Made by a program: the position numbers and the translations under genes. From assembly GCA_001002135.1 (NCBI GenBank), contig LCLP01000001.1, forward strand, positions 361,114 to 425,113: a stretch of DNA of 64,000 nucleotides, written 5' to 3'. The stretch is from Candidatus Pacebacteria bacterium GW2011_GWA1_46_10 (GTDB lineage Bacteria; Patescibacteriota; Microgenomatia; UBA1400; PJMF01). Every line of letters starts with the position of its first letter. Position 1 is the first letter of the stretch. This document shows positions 49,279 through 59,447 of the stretch, in pieces. The notes under the pieces were generated by a model. The model had not been told where the DNA came from. It ran no database searches and saw nothing but the letters and a program-made list of their open reading frames with translations.

Positions 49279-50984
49279 AAAAAATTTCTTGGTGGTTGGT
49301 ACTCATTACTCTTATCGCGTTGGCGTTTTTGAGCCGCGTTTTTCGAGTTACTCAGTCCCCTCCCTCGCCATATTGGGAAGAAGTAGCGCTTGGTTATGAC
49401 GCGTATTCAATTTTACAGACGGGGAGTGATCATCATGGCAACTGGTGGCCGGTGATTGCGTTTGAATCATTTGGTGACTGGAAGCCAAGCGGGTTTTTTT
49501 ATACGCTTGTCCCGTTTATCAAAGTATTTGGGCTGACTGTTTTTGCGGTTAGGTTACTTTCAGTCGTATCGGGAGTGGGGATAGTTGTTGGCGTAGGGGT
49601 GTTGATGCGTCAATATACAGAGCGACTTTTCAAGGCGCCAGAGCGGCGAACCTTGATTTTACTGACTCTTTTCTTGGCCGCCGTATCGCCATGGTTAATT
49701 CAATTTGCTCGAGCAGCCTGGGAAGTAAACTTGGCGACGTTGTGGTTGGTTTGGGGGGTGGTTTTTGGGCAGCAAGCGGTCAGCGTAGTCCAAACTCAGA
49801 AACTGCGATTTCTCTGGTTTACTGCTAGCATTTTGTTGCTGTTTGCCGCGATGTACACGTATCACAGTGCTCGATTGCTGGCGCCAGCGGTGGGGGGAGT
49901 GATTGCTTGGCAGTTTTTTCAAAAAGATCTTAAAGCTCGACGAAAAAATATTTGGTTGGTTGGGTACATTTTACCGCTGTTTTTGACGGCTTTCTTGTTG
50001 AGGCCGTTTACCAGCGCACTGGGGACGCCTGCCTTGGGTCAGCGCTTGGCAGAGACGAGTGTCTTGAGTGACTTGTCGGTCATTGAGGAGAGTAATCATT
50101 TGAAAGAATTAGCTGGTTACTCGCCACTCTCGCGAGTCATTTACCATCGTTACGTCCTTTTTGGTGGACGAGTAGCCAGTCAGTTTTTCTCCCACTTTCG
50201 ACCCGACTTTTTATTCATCACTGGAGACGCTAATGGCCGTCACTCCACTCAGTATTTTGGGTTATTGTATCCTTTTGAAATAGTGTTTTTGACGATTGGT
50301 GGTTGGTGGTTGGTTGGCCAAATGAGAAAAGAACATCGACAACTAGTAGTTGTTTGGCTGGTGGCGGGTATTTTACCCTCAAGTTTCACGACCGGCGCGC
50401 CGCACGCCTTGCGAATTTTACCCACCGCGCCGTTGTTTTTGTTGGCGAGTGCTTTAGGTGTTTGGTTAACCAGTTATTGGTTGGCGCACCAAGCCAGTAT
50501 GTTATGGCCACCTGTGAGACGGCTCAAAATGATGTGGTTGGGCTGTTTTGTGTTGATCTATGCGGGCTTTTTTGTAGCTTTTTACCGGCATTTGTTGGTG
50601 GTTTACCCCAAACGCTTTGCCAATGAATGGCAGTACGGTTATCAGGCAATGGTGGAGGCAGTGGAACGGGCACGAACAGAAAACCCTGATTTACCAATTT
50701 TTATTACTCGTGAGCAAGGCAGGCCAGCCATGTATTACTGGTTTTACACTCAAACTGATCCGCGACTGGTTCAAGCAGCAGACGCCACAGTCAAACAAGA
50801 TCAAGGTGAATACTTAGAGTTTCAAAACCTGCATTTTGTACGCAGTTTAGACGAGGTGACTACTACTCCAGCTCTGGTGGCTGGTTCTCCAGGTGAGGTA
50901 GCTAAGTTTGACGGTCTTGAAGCGGTCACTACCATCGCTGATTTTGACGGTAAAGTAATCTGGCAGGTAGCACGAATCGATTAG
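49275..50984 (+). CDS. GT-C (ArnT/PMT-like) glycosyltransferase, paralog 3 of 5
   Basis: WEEVALGYDA, SFGDWKP, GD.N.RH, PHALR and EWQYGY motifs. Confidence 0.82.
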   Translation: MKKISWWLVLITLIALAFLSRVFRVTQSPPSPYWEEVALGYDAYSILQTGSDHHGNWWPVIAFESFGDWKPSGFFYTLVPFIKVFGLTVFAVRLLSVVSGVGIVVGVGVLMRQYTERLFKAPERRTLILLTLFLAAVSPWLIQFARAAWEVNLATLWLVWGVVFGQQAVSVVQTQKLRFLWFTASILLLFAAMYTYHSARLLAPAVGGVIAWQFFQKDLKARRKNIWLVGYILPLFLTAFLLRPFTSALGTPALGQRLAETSVLSDLSVIEESNHLKELAGYSPLSRVIYHRYVLFGGRVASQFFSHFRPDFLFITGDANGRHSTQYFGLLYPFEIVFLTIGGWWLVGQMRKEHRQLVVVWLVAGILPSSFTTGAPHALRILPTAPLFLLASALGVWLTSYWLAHQASMLWPPVRRLKMMWLGCFVLIYAGFFVAFYRHLLVVYPKRFANEWQYGYQAMVEAVERARTENPDLPIFITREQGRPAMYYWFYTQTDPRLVQAADATVKQDQGEYLEFQNLHFVRSLDEVTTTPALVAGSPGEVAKFDGLEAVTTIADFDGKVIWQVARID

Positions 50985-51004
50985 GTTGGCTATAATTTTA
51001 CTTG

Positions 51005-52753
51005 ATGATTACAGAAGTTCTCACGCAAGCACTGAGCAGTGCCCTGGCTGATTATGGGGTAAAAAAGGCTGTCGTTAGTCTGGAGCATCCAGTGGAAGAA
51101 CAATTTGGTGACTGGAGCAGTAACGCGGCGCTCCAATACATCAAGCAGGTAACACAGTTTGCTCAACCCAAAGAGTTGGCGACTGCTTTAGTGGGAAAAC
51201 TTCAACAAACTTTAAAGACGAATCCTGCCATCGAATCAGTCAGCGTGGCTGGACCTGGATTTATCAACTTTACCTTAAGTCAATCATATTGGCTAAGCCA
51301 ACTGGAGCGGCTGGGAGCGGTCAAAGACGCTCGAGAACTTATCGCGCACAGTGGCGCGGGAAAAACAGCGATTATAGAGTACTCATCGCCAAACATTGCC
51401 AAACCATTTACAGTTGGTCACTTGCGCTCGACGATCATTGGCGATGCTATTGCCAATCTCTATGAAGCGTTGGGTTGGCAGGTACATCGAGATAACCACG
51501 TTGGTGACTGGGGGACTCAATTTGGCAAACTGTTGTATGCGCTCACTACCTGGGGAGATAGAGTAACCATCGCCAAATCAGCCCGACCAATCAAAGCACT
51601 GGTGGAGCTCTACGTTCAGTTTCATCAGGCAGCGGCGGAAAATCCAGCATTGGAAGATTACGGCCGGGAGTGGTTTAAAAGACTAGAGGATGGTGACAAA
51701 GAAGCGCGTGAATTATGGCAGTGGTGTGTTGATCTCTCTTGGCAGGAGTTTGATCGGATCTACCAGCAGTTGAATATCAAGTTTACCGAAAATAATGGGC
51801 GGGGATACGGTGAATCGTTTTTTGAGAACAGAATGGATCAAGTAATCGAGATTCTTGAAGAAAAACTCCCTCAAGAGCAGCTGGAAACTCATGGGGGATA
51901 TTATGGCGAGGGCGAGGATGGGGCCAAGCTGGTCTTTTTTAAAAATGAAGCACTCCCCTCTTTAATGATTCTTAAAAAGGATGGTGCCACACTGTATTCC
52001 ACCCGTGATTTGGCCACTGATTACTTTCGACTCCAACACTATGACTCCCCTACCCTCATCATTAATGAGGTGGGAGCAGAACAAACTTTATACTTCAAAC
52101 AGCTTTTTAGGGTAGAGGAAATGTTGGGGTGGTACCAATCGGGACAACGGGTGCATGTACGTCATGGTTTATATCGTTTTAAAGACAAAAAAATGTCTAC
52201 TCGGAAAGGGGAGGTGATTTGGTTGGAAGAAGTCATTCATGAAGCTCATAAGCGCGCACTAGTTTTGTCCAAAGGGAATGAAGCGAGTGCGGCGGCAGTG
52301 GCGATTGGGGCGTTGAAATGGAACGACTTGAAAAGTGAAGCGGCTAGAGACATTGTCTTTGATTGGCAAGCAATGCTGAGTATGAAAGGAAACTCCGGTC
52401 CTTACGTGCAGTACGCAGCGGTCAGAGCTCAAAGTGTATTGGCTAAGGCAGCTAAAACGAAGACTGCCTTGTCAAATACCTATCAATTTAATCCTCAAGA
52501 AATGGTCCTAATACGTCAGCTCGATCGTTTTGCTGAGACGGTTGAGCAAGCGGCAGGTGAGTACGCCCCGCATCATTTGGCAAGTTTTTTATTTGAACTG
52601 GCACAGCGTTTTAATGTTTTTTATAACCACCAGCCGATTCTTAAGGCTCAAGCAGAGAAACGGGTGGTACGCTTATCACTTACTCAAGCGACTGCTCGCA
52701 TATTAAGAGCTGGTTTGAAGTTGCTTGGAATCGACACACCAGAGGAAATGTAG
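51005..52753 (+). CDS. argS: arginine--tRNA ligase
   Basis: FGDWSSN, AGPGFINF, SPNIAKPFTVGHLRS, GDWGTQFG, KMSTRKG, GNSGPY.QY and C-terminal PEEM; alternative start TTG 51002. Confidence 0.96.
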   Translation: MITEVLTQALSSALADYGVKKAVVSLEHPVEEQFGDWSSNAALQYIKQVTQFAQPKELATALVGKLQQTLKTNPAIESVSVAGPGFINFTLSQSYWLSQLERLGAVKDARELIAHSGAGKTAIIEYSSPNIAKPFTVGHLRSTIIGDAIANLYEALGWQVHRDNHVGDWGTQFGKLLYALTTWGDRVTIAKSARPIKALVELYVQFHQAAAENPALEDYGREWFKRLEDGDKEARELWQWCVDLSWQEFDRIYQQLNIKFTENNGRGYGESFFENRMDQVIEILEEKLPQEQLETHGGYYGEGEDGAKLVFFKNEALPSLMILKKDGATLYSTRDLATDYFRLQHYDSPTLIINEVGAEQTLYFKQLFRVEEMLGWYQSGQRVHVRHGLYRFKDKKMSTRKGEVIWLEEVIHEAHKRALVLSKGNEASAAAVAIGALKWNDLKSEAARDIVFDWQAMLSMKGNSGPYVQYAAVRAQSVLAKAAKTKTALSNTYQFNPQEMVLIRQLDRFAETVEQAAGEYAPHHLASFLFELAQRFNVFYNHQPILKAQAEKRVVRLSLTQATARILRAGLKLLGIDTPEEM

Positions 52754-52777
52754 CGGTAATTCTGCTACGATGGTGGC

Positions 52778-54445
52778 ATGCCAAATTGGCGTTTTCTGTT
52801 AGCAGTGGGGCTTGTCTTTTTATTGGCAATTGCTTTGCGCTTCTATCTTTTGGGGAGAGTGCCGGTTTCTTTGTATTGGGATGAAACAGCGATTTTAGTT
52901 GATGCTCGTAGCATCGCCGCTACTGGTCAAGACATGCACGGCAACTCTTGGTTGCAGGCAATTCTTCCGTCGTATGGGGACTATAAACTGCCGGTGTTGA
53001 TTTGGTTGGCGAGTTTAAGTGTCAAGCTACTGGGCGCTACTGAGTTGGCTGTTCGTCTGCCGAGTGCCTTGAGTGGAATCTTGACCATGATTTTTGGAGG
53101 GTTGATTGCCGGGGAGTTGTTGGTTTCGACTAAAAAATTGAGGTGGTGGCTGTTTGTGCTCACTGCGGCGGTGATCGCGATCGCGCCCTGGAGTGTGTTA
53201 TTTTCTCGGACCGGTTTTGAGGGTCACGTGGGTCAGTTATTGTTGGCAGTAAGTATTTGGTGTGCCCTGAAGGCCAGAAAGCAATGGGGCTGGGGGATTT
53301 TAGCGGCGCTGATTGGCGGCCTGGCCACCTACACGTACTTTTCGATTCGTTTTGTGTGGCCGGTGGTGTTTTTCTTAGTGGTAACTCTTTTTACCGTCAA
53401 GAAAACTTGGCGCTCGTTTTTACTTCAGCTTGTTGTGCCGTTCTTACTCTACGCTGTGAGTCTGCGGCCGATGTATCAGTCGCCTTTGTATGAGGCAAGC
53501 AACCAGTTTCGTTTGAGTGCTACTTCTGTTTTGAATATGGCTGATTGGCCAATCGTCGCTAATGAATATAAACTGCCAGCCGGCAACACCCTGCTTGATA
53601 AAGCGATGTACCACCCATGGGTCTTGATTAGCCGAGAATTGGCGAAAAATTACGCCGACAACTTATCATTTGATTTTCTGTTTTTAACTGGTGATCCTAA
53701 TTTACGGCATGGGACGGGCCGCCACGGACTCTTTTTATGGCCGTTTTTCCTGCCTTTGGTGTATGGTTGGTACACCCTGTTTCCCAAGTTTTGGCGGCAG
53801 GGCGTATTACTGTTGGGTTGGTGGCTGGTGGCTTTACTGCCGGCCTCGGTGCCGGAAACGACTCCTCATGCCTTGCGCTCGCTTAATGCCTTAATGCCGC
53901 TTTCTCTCGTCATCGCCTGGGGCGTGTGGCAGTGGTGGCGGGTGACCTGGCAAGCTCGTCAACGCCAATGGTTGGAAAAAGGAATTTTTTTGGTTTGGAG
54001 TATGGCAGTCGGTTTAGCGCTTTTCGATTTTGTCACGTATTATTTTCAAGTGTACCCAGCCTTGTCAGCCAAAGAGTGGCAAGACGGATATAAAGCAGTG
54101 GCCCATGAAGCGTGGGTTAATCGAGCAGATATGGATGTAGTTTGGGTAGAGCCGTTTGACCCTCGTTTTTACTTGTGGTTGTTGGCATATGAAGTGCCGG
54201 TACAAGAGTATCGTCAAATCTCTTTTAATAATTACATGCCCGAAGCGATTGAAAACATTCGTTTTCGCTGGTTTGACTGGGGAAAACTGCCGACTTTAAG
54301 TGAAAAAACCATGCTGTTGGCTCGCAAAGACTTGATTGACTGGAATCTGGAGACTGCTGCCTATCCGCCGCGGTGGTATAAACCACTAGTTCGTGCTGAT
54401 AAAGTGGCAGAGTTTGCCGCGGTGTACTTTGAGAAAGTTGAGTGA
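52778..54445 (+). CDS. GT-C (ArnT/PMT-like) glycosyltransferase, paralog 4 of 5
   Basis: WDETAI, SYGDYKLP, GDPNLRH, PHALR and EWQDGY motifs. Confidence 0.82.
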   Translation: MPNWRFLLAVGLVFLLAIALRFYLLGRVPVSLYWDETAILVDARSIAATGQDMHGNSWLQAILPSYGDYKLPVLIWLASLSVKLLGATELAVRLPSALSGILTMIFGGLIAGELLVSTKKLRWWLFVLTAAVIAIAPWSVLFSRTGFEGHVGQLLLAVSIWCALKARKQWGWGILAALIGGLATYTYFSIRFVWPVVFFLVVTLFTVKKTWRSFLLQLVVPFLLYAVSLRPMYQSPLYEASNQFRLSATSVLNMADWPIVANEYKLPAGNTLLDKAMYHPWVLISRELAKNYADNLSFDFLFLTGDPNLRHGTGRHGLFLWPFFLPLVYGWYTLFPKFWRQGVLLLGWWLVALLPASVPETTPHALRSLNALMPLSLVIAWGVWQWWRVTWQARQRQWLEKGIFLVWSMAVGLALFDFVTYYFQVYPALSAKEWQDGYKAVAHEAWVNRADMDVVWVEPFDPRFYLWLLAYEVPVQEYRQISFNNYMPEAIENIRFRWFDWGKLPTLSEKTMLLARKDLIDWNLETAAYPPRWYKPLVRADKVAEFAAVYFEKVE

Positions 54446-56004
54446 TGAAAAAACATTTTTGGCTGGCATTAATTTTGGCAGTGGCTTTGGTGATGCGTGT
54501 CTGGCGAGTTGGGAATTTGCCGGCGATCTTAAACCGTGATGAAGCAGCGGTAGCTTATAACGCGTATTTGCTGATGGAAACGGGGAAAGATGAATGGGGT
54601 CGTCGTTGGCCGTTAGCGCTAGAGTCGTTTGGCGACTATAAACTGTCAGGGTATTCGGTGGTTTTAGTCCCGTTTTTTCAGCTGTTTGGGCTTCATGATT
54701 GGGTGGTGCGTTTGCCATCGGTGATGGCCGGTACAGTCTTGGTTTATTTATTGTATTTATTGGGAAAGAAACTGAAGTTAGGTGAACAGTACGCGCTGTT
54801 ATTAGCTCTCTTGGCAGCGGTGGCACCAGTCTTTGTTTTTTACTCGCGAATGGCCTTTGAGGCCAATCTCGGCTTAACCTTTTTTGTTGGCGCACTGCTG
54901 GTGTTGTGGTGCTTAAAGGACCAGACAAAAAAATGGCAGTATCCGCTTTTATTCCTCTTGCTTTTGTCGGCGGTCTTGACGTATAACACGCCGCTTTTAT
55001 TGTTGCCGTTAGTCATGGTGTGGGTTGGTTTGACCTATGACTGGCGTCAATGGGGGAAGCTAGTCGCCACGGAAGGCATTTTGGGGGGAGTATTGCTGTT
55101 TGGGGTGCTCGCGCTTTGGCCAGTCACTGCTCAAAAGAGCGGTATTACCATTTTTACCGATGAGACGGTTTGGAGTCAGTGGACGATTTTTCGCGGGTCA
55201 TTGTCACTGTTCTGGCAACCACTGATCGGCAGCCGGTCTTTTTATTACCTGGTCATTATGCTGCAAAACTTTTTCAATTCTTTTTCTTTCAACTTTCTCA
55301 GTTTAAGGGGTGGGACGCATCCTTGGCATAGTTTGCCGACAACTGGTCACTTGGCAACTGTTACTTATTTACTGGGGTTGTTGGGTATTTTCAAGACGAG
55401 TGCTACTGTTTGGCTTGGTCGGCGAAAGCTTCGTGCGATCAAAAGCGAGCTTGGTCTGCTGTTTTTGCTGATTGCCTCACTGCTGCCGGCCATTATCACT
55501 GTTGACGCGCCGCACGCTACCAGAAGTCTCCTCTTTTTTGTCTTGTGGCATGTCTTGGCGGTATGGGGGGCGGTCTGGTTAATCAAGGTATTTTTTCAAA
55601 AGAATAGCAGTGCCGCGTGGCGATGGCTACTTTTTTTAGTGGTTGTTGAGGGGCTATTGCATGCCTATCAGTTATTTGGCTTGTACCCCAATCAACAGAC
55701 GGTTTTTCAACCTGGTTTTGATCAGGTAATTCAACGAGTTGAGCGAGAGCACGGGGCGGAGAACGTGGCGATCGTTGATCCGACCGGGTATTGGTATATT
55801 TTAACAGCTTGGTACTTGCAGCTTTCGCCGGCCGTGTATTTTGAAACTGCTGTCCGACAACTACCAGACCCGATTGGTTTTCGCTATGGCGAGCGTGTCG
55901 GCCGGTACCATTTTATTGCTCGGCCCGATGACCGCTCAAGTGGGGAGACAGTCTTGGTACAATGGTCTGACCAAGCGAGTGCTTGGCAAATCGAGGAGAA
56001 CTAA
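54442..56004 (+). CDS. GT-C (ArnT/PMT-like) glycosyltransferase, paralog 5 of 5
   Basis: RDEAAVAYNA, TGKDEWG, SFGDYKL and PHATR motifs. Confidence 0.82.
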   Translation: MMKKHFWLALILAVALVMRVWRVGNLPAILNRDEAAVAYNAYLLMETGKDEWGRRWPLALESFGDYKLSGYSVVLVPFFQLFGLHDWVVRLPSVMAGTVLVYLLYLLGKKLKLGEQYALLLALLAAVAPVFVFYSRMAFEANLGLTFFVGALLVLWCLKDQTKKWQYPLLFLLLLSAVLTYNTPLLLLPLVMVWVGLTYDWRQWGKLVATEGILGGVLLFGVLALWPVTAQKSGITIFTDETVWSQWTIFRGSLSLFWQPLIGSRSFYYLVIMLQNFFNSFSFNFLSLRGGTHPWHSLPTTGHLATVTYLLGLLGIFKTSATVWLGRRKLRAIKSELGLLFLLIASLLPAIITVDAPHATRSLLFFVLWHVLAVWGAVWLIKVFFQKNSSAAWRWLLFLVVVEGLLHAYQLFGLYPNQQTVFQPGFDQVIQRVEREHGAENVAIVDPTGYWYILTAWYLQLSPAVYFETAVRQLPDPIGFRYGERVGRYHFIARPDDRSSGETVLVQWSDQASAWQIEEN

Positions 56005-56795
56005 TGATTTCGGTTGTGTTAGCCACCTATAACGAAGCAGCTAATTTGGCTCGCTGTTTGGTGTCGGTCGACTCCTTTGCCGATGAAATTATTGTGGTGG
56101 ATGGCAGTTCAACTGATGACACTCGCCGCATTGCTAAAAAATTTGGCGCCAAAGTAATCAAGACAACGAATAAATTAAACTTTCATATCAACAAACAAAT
56201 GGCGATGGACCGGGCAAAAGGCGAGTTGGTGTTGCAGATTGACGCTGATGAAGTGGTTGATGAGGAGCTGGCGCGGTTTATCCGATCGGTGGAGAAACAA
56301 CGCCGAAAGTCGTCGTTGGCGACGGCGGCTTGGTGGATCAGGCGAAAAAATCTTTTTCTTGGGCGCTGGTTGACGAAAGGAGGTCAGTATCCTGATCCAG
56401 TAATCAGACTCTATATCAATGGACGAGCCAAGTTACCCCAAGCTGATGTGCACGAGCAAATGGCAGTGGACGGGCCGCTTGGCTGGGCTAACGGTCACCT
56501 GCAACACTATGCCAACCCGACTTTTACCGATTACGTGCGCAAGTTTAATACCTATACTTCTTTTCGAGCACAGTTGTGGGCTAAGGAGGGCTGGCGATTA
56601 TCACTATGGCGGTCGGTCTACTACTTACTGTGGAAGCCAATCGAGATCTTTCTTTCCCTTTACGTGCGTCATAAAGGATTCTCTGATGGGTACCCAGGTT
56701 TTGTGTTTGCTCTAATGAGTGGTCTTCACTACCCAGTGGCTTACCTTAAATGGTGGGAAATAAAACAAGGAAAAAGGCGTGAAAGTACGTATTAA
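56004..56795 (+). CDS. GT2 glycosyltransferase (WaaE/KdtX-like)
   Basis: ATYNE, DGSSTD, IDADE, GG.YPD and VHE motifs. Confidence 0.88.
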   Translation: MISVVLATYNEAANLARCLVSVDSFADEIIVVDGSSTDDTRRIAKKFGAKVIKTTNKLNFHINKQMAMDRAKGELVLQIDADEVVDEELARFIRSVEKQRRKSSLATAAWWIRRKNLFLGRWLTKGGQYPDPVIRLYINGRAKLPQADVHEQMAVDGPLGWANGHLQHYANPTFTDYVRKFNTYTSFRAQLWAKEGWRLSLWRSVYYLLWKPIEIFLSLYVRHKGFSDGYPGFVFALMSGLHYPVAYLKWWEIKQGKRRESTY

Positions 56796-57816
56796 CGTAA
56801 CACCGCTCTCCTCGGGCCACGCCATCAGGGGGGTGGGTATGTATACTCGTTTTCTCAGTGAGGCTTTGGAGCGCCAAAAAGGTATTGAGATCTTTCACTC
56901 CGGTTTGGAGAACCAACCAACTAAGGTGGACGTTGTTCACTATCCTTTTTTTGACCTTTTTTTTCCAACACTGCCAATTCTCAAAGGGACGAGCACCGCG
57001 GTCACGATTCACGACGTTATTCCGTTGTTGTTTGCTGATCACTATCCGGTAGGAAAAAAAGGTACTTTAGGTTTAGCCCACCAAAAACTCGCTCTCAAAA
57101 CTGTGGCAGCAGTGATTACCGATTCCGAAGTTTCCAAACGCGATATTATCACTCACCTTGGAGTGCCAGCGGAAAAAATACATGTGGTTTATTTAGCTGC
57201 TAACCCGTTTTTACACCAAATCAGCGGGAAAGCCTTGATCGCTGCTTCGCGCAAGCTTCATCTTCCTAAGCGCTATATCTTGTACGTTGGAGACATCAAC
57301 TACAACAAAAATCTGCCGCAACTCATTAAAGCACTGAAATTTTTGCCGCCTGAACTCAAATTGATCTGTGTTGGCAAGAATTTTACGCCGCAGCCGATTC
57401 CTGAGTGGCAAGCCATCGAGGCTCAAGTAGCTTTGAGCAATGTCGGCAAACAGATCGTGTTTATGCCCCAAGTTTTGAGCGATGATTATGAGGCGCTCTC
57501 GGCTGTTTACTCTGGGGCGGTCGCCTATGTTCAGCCATCGCTCTATGAAGGTTTTGGTTTACCGGTGCTGGAAGCCATGCGCTGCGGCACACCGGTGGTG
57601 GCGGCCCGAAACTCTTCTTTGCAGGAAATTGGTGATGAGGCAGTGCTTTTTACTGGCAATACAGCCGAAGAATTAGCTGGCAGTATTGAAGAATTATTAA
57701 GTTTTTCCAACCACCAGCGCGTCCAACTCATCAAAAAGGCTTCTCATTGGGAGCAACAATTTACTTGGGATAAGACGGCTCAGCAAACGATTGAAGTGTA
57801 TAAAAAAATGCTATGA
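56779..57816 (+). CDS. GT4 glycosyltransferase (MtfB/WbpY-like)
   Basis: RGVG.Y, VTIHDVIP, KN and PSLYEGFGLPVLEAM.CG.PV motifs. Confidence 0.9.
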   Translation: MKVRINVTPLSSGHAIRGVGMYTRFLSEALERQKGIEIFHSGLENQPTKVDVVHYPFFDLFFPTLPILKGTSTAVTIHDVIPLLFADHYPVGKKGTLGLAHQKLALKTVAAVITDSEVSKRDIITHLGVPAEKIHVVYLAANPFLHQISGKALIAASRKLHLPKRYILYVGDINYNKNLPQLIKALKFLPPELKLICVGKNFTPQPIPEWQAIEAQVALSNVGKQIVFMPQVLSDDYEALSAVYSGAVAYVQPSLYEGFGLPVLEAMRCGTPVVAARNSSLQEIGDEAVLFTGNTAEELAGSIEELLSFSNHQRVQLIKKASHWEQQFTWDKTAQQTIEVYKKML

Positions 57817-59447
57817 AAAAGAGGTTGTTCTTTATTATTGCTGTTTTGTTACCGCTACTAGCGCTGACTCGACCATACCTTCGAGCAGGTGTGCCATACA
57901 CTCATGACGGTGAAAACCATTTAGCTCGTTTTGCCAACTATAAAGTGGCGGTCAGAGAGGGCCAAGTTCCCCCTCGCTTTGCCCCGAATTTAATGAATCA
58001 TTACGGCTATCCAGTATTCAACTATAACTATCCACTGCTTAATATGCTGTCACTGCCACTCAGTATCATTGGCATCCACTACGAACTCACTTTTAAGTTT
58101 CTAATGATTGGTGGTTTAGTGCTTGGAGCTTGGGGGATTACTCGTTGGTTGGCGGTGAGTGGTTTTTCTCGCCGTGCCAAGTTATTTGCGGTTGGCACTT
58201 ATATGCTGGCGCCGTTTACCGTGAACCTTATTTTTGTGCGCGGTAATATTGGGGAGGTTTGGGCCTTGGCGCTTTTCCCGTGGCTACTGTGGTTTTCCAA
58301 GATGATTAAACAACGAACAAGAGTGAGTTGGTTGGTCAGTGTGTCACTGATTACAGCTTTTTTGCTGTCGCACAACGTCTCGGTACTTTTTGGTGGAGTG
58401 TTGTGGTTTCTTTATACTCTCAAAGAATTCGGCAAGCAGAAAGCATTATGGAAAGTCTGGTTGGGTCCGGTAGTAATCTCAGTGTTACTCAGTCTGTGGT
58501 TTTGGTTGCCGGCTGTGGCTGAAAAAGGGTTTATCGTGGTGGATGATGCCAACTTGAGTTCGCAGTTTGCCACCCATTTTGTTCAGCCGTTACAGCTTTT
58601 GGCCTCACCCCTGCGGTTTGGTTATTCGTTTGAAACAGCGGTTGACACCATTAGTTTTTCGGTTGGGGCAATTGGTTTTGCCAGTTTAGTACTGATGACG
58701 GTATGGTTACTGCGATTGCGCAAGACGGACCGCCGTCACCTTGATCGGTACCGATTATGGTTTTTTGTCATTGTTTGCTGGGGATTGCTCTTTTTGCAGA
58801 CTGACTTTTCGTACCAAGTGTGGCGCTTCCTGCCACTCGTGGCATTCATTCAGTTTCCATGGCGTCTGACATTATTTTTTGTGGTGTTAGTTTTACCGCT
58901 GGTAGCGACACTGTTTACTCACTTAAAAAAAGTCCGTTGGCTATTGTGGGCACTCTTTTTCGGGCAGCTGATGGTGTTGTGGCGCTTACAACCAATCGCT
59001 TTTTTGCATCAGACGCCAGAACAATATGATCTTTTTCCACAAAGCACGAGTACTCTCAACGAAAATTTGCCTAAAGGATTTACGTATTTACTGATTGGTG
59101 ATTGGCAACCGGCCCCAAGCGCACTGGTGGGTGAATTTACAGCCAACGTGGCTGATTGGACAGGGTCTCGTCGGTACTACCACCTCAATGTAACTCAAGA
59201 TGCCTTGGTGGTGGAACCAACGATGTATTTTCCGGGTTGGGAAACGACGATCAACGGGGAGTTGATAGAGTATGTTGATGTGAGTGAAGCTGAGGGACGA
59301 CTAGGTTACCGCTTGCCAGCAGGTGAGTATGAGGTCGAAACCCGTTTTACCCAAAATACTTGGCCAAGAATGGTGGGCAACAGTCTCAGTGTGCTGGCGG
59401 TAGCAATCTGGGGGTGGCTGGTATGGCGAGAAAAACAAGTCTCCTAA
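57813..59447 (+). CDS. YfhO/PTPS-related GT-C membrane protein
   Basis: THDGENHLAR, YGYPVFNY, RG..GE, QFPWR and YFPGW motifs; paralog of 33724..35502. Confidence 0.78.
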   Translation: MKKRLFFIIAVLLPLLALTRPYLRAGVPYTHDGENHLARFANYKVAVREGQVPPRFAPNLMNHYGYPVFNYNYPLLNMLSLPLSIIGIHYELTFKFLMIGGLVLGAWGITRWLAVSGFSRRAKLFAVGTYMLAPFTVNLIFVRGNIGEVWALALFPWLLWFSKMIKQRTRVSWLVSVSLITAFLLSHNVSVLFGGVLWFLYTLKEFGKQKALWKVWLGPVVISVLLSLWFWLPAVAEKGFIVVDDANLSSQFATHFVQPLQLLASPLRFGYSFETAVDTISFSVGAIGFASLVLMTVWLLRLRKTDRRHLDRYRLWFFVIVCWGLLFLQTDFSYQVWRFLPLVAFIQFPWRLTLFFVVLVLPLVATLFTHLKKVRWLLWALFFGQLMVLWRLQPIAFLHQTPEQYDLFPQSTSTLNENLPKGFTYLLIGDWQPAPSALVGEFTANVADWTGSRRYYHLNVTQDALVVEPTMYFPGWETTINGELIEYVDVSEAEGRLGYRLPAGEYEVETRFTQNTWPRMVGNSLSVLAVAIWGWLVWREKQVS

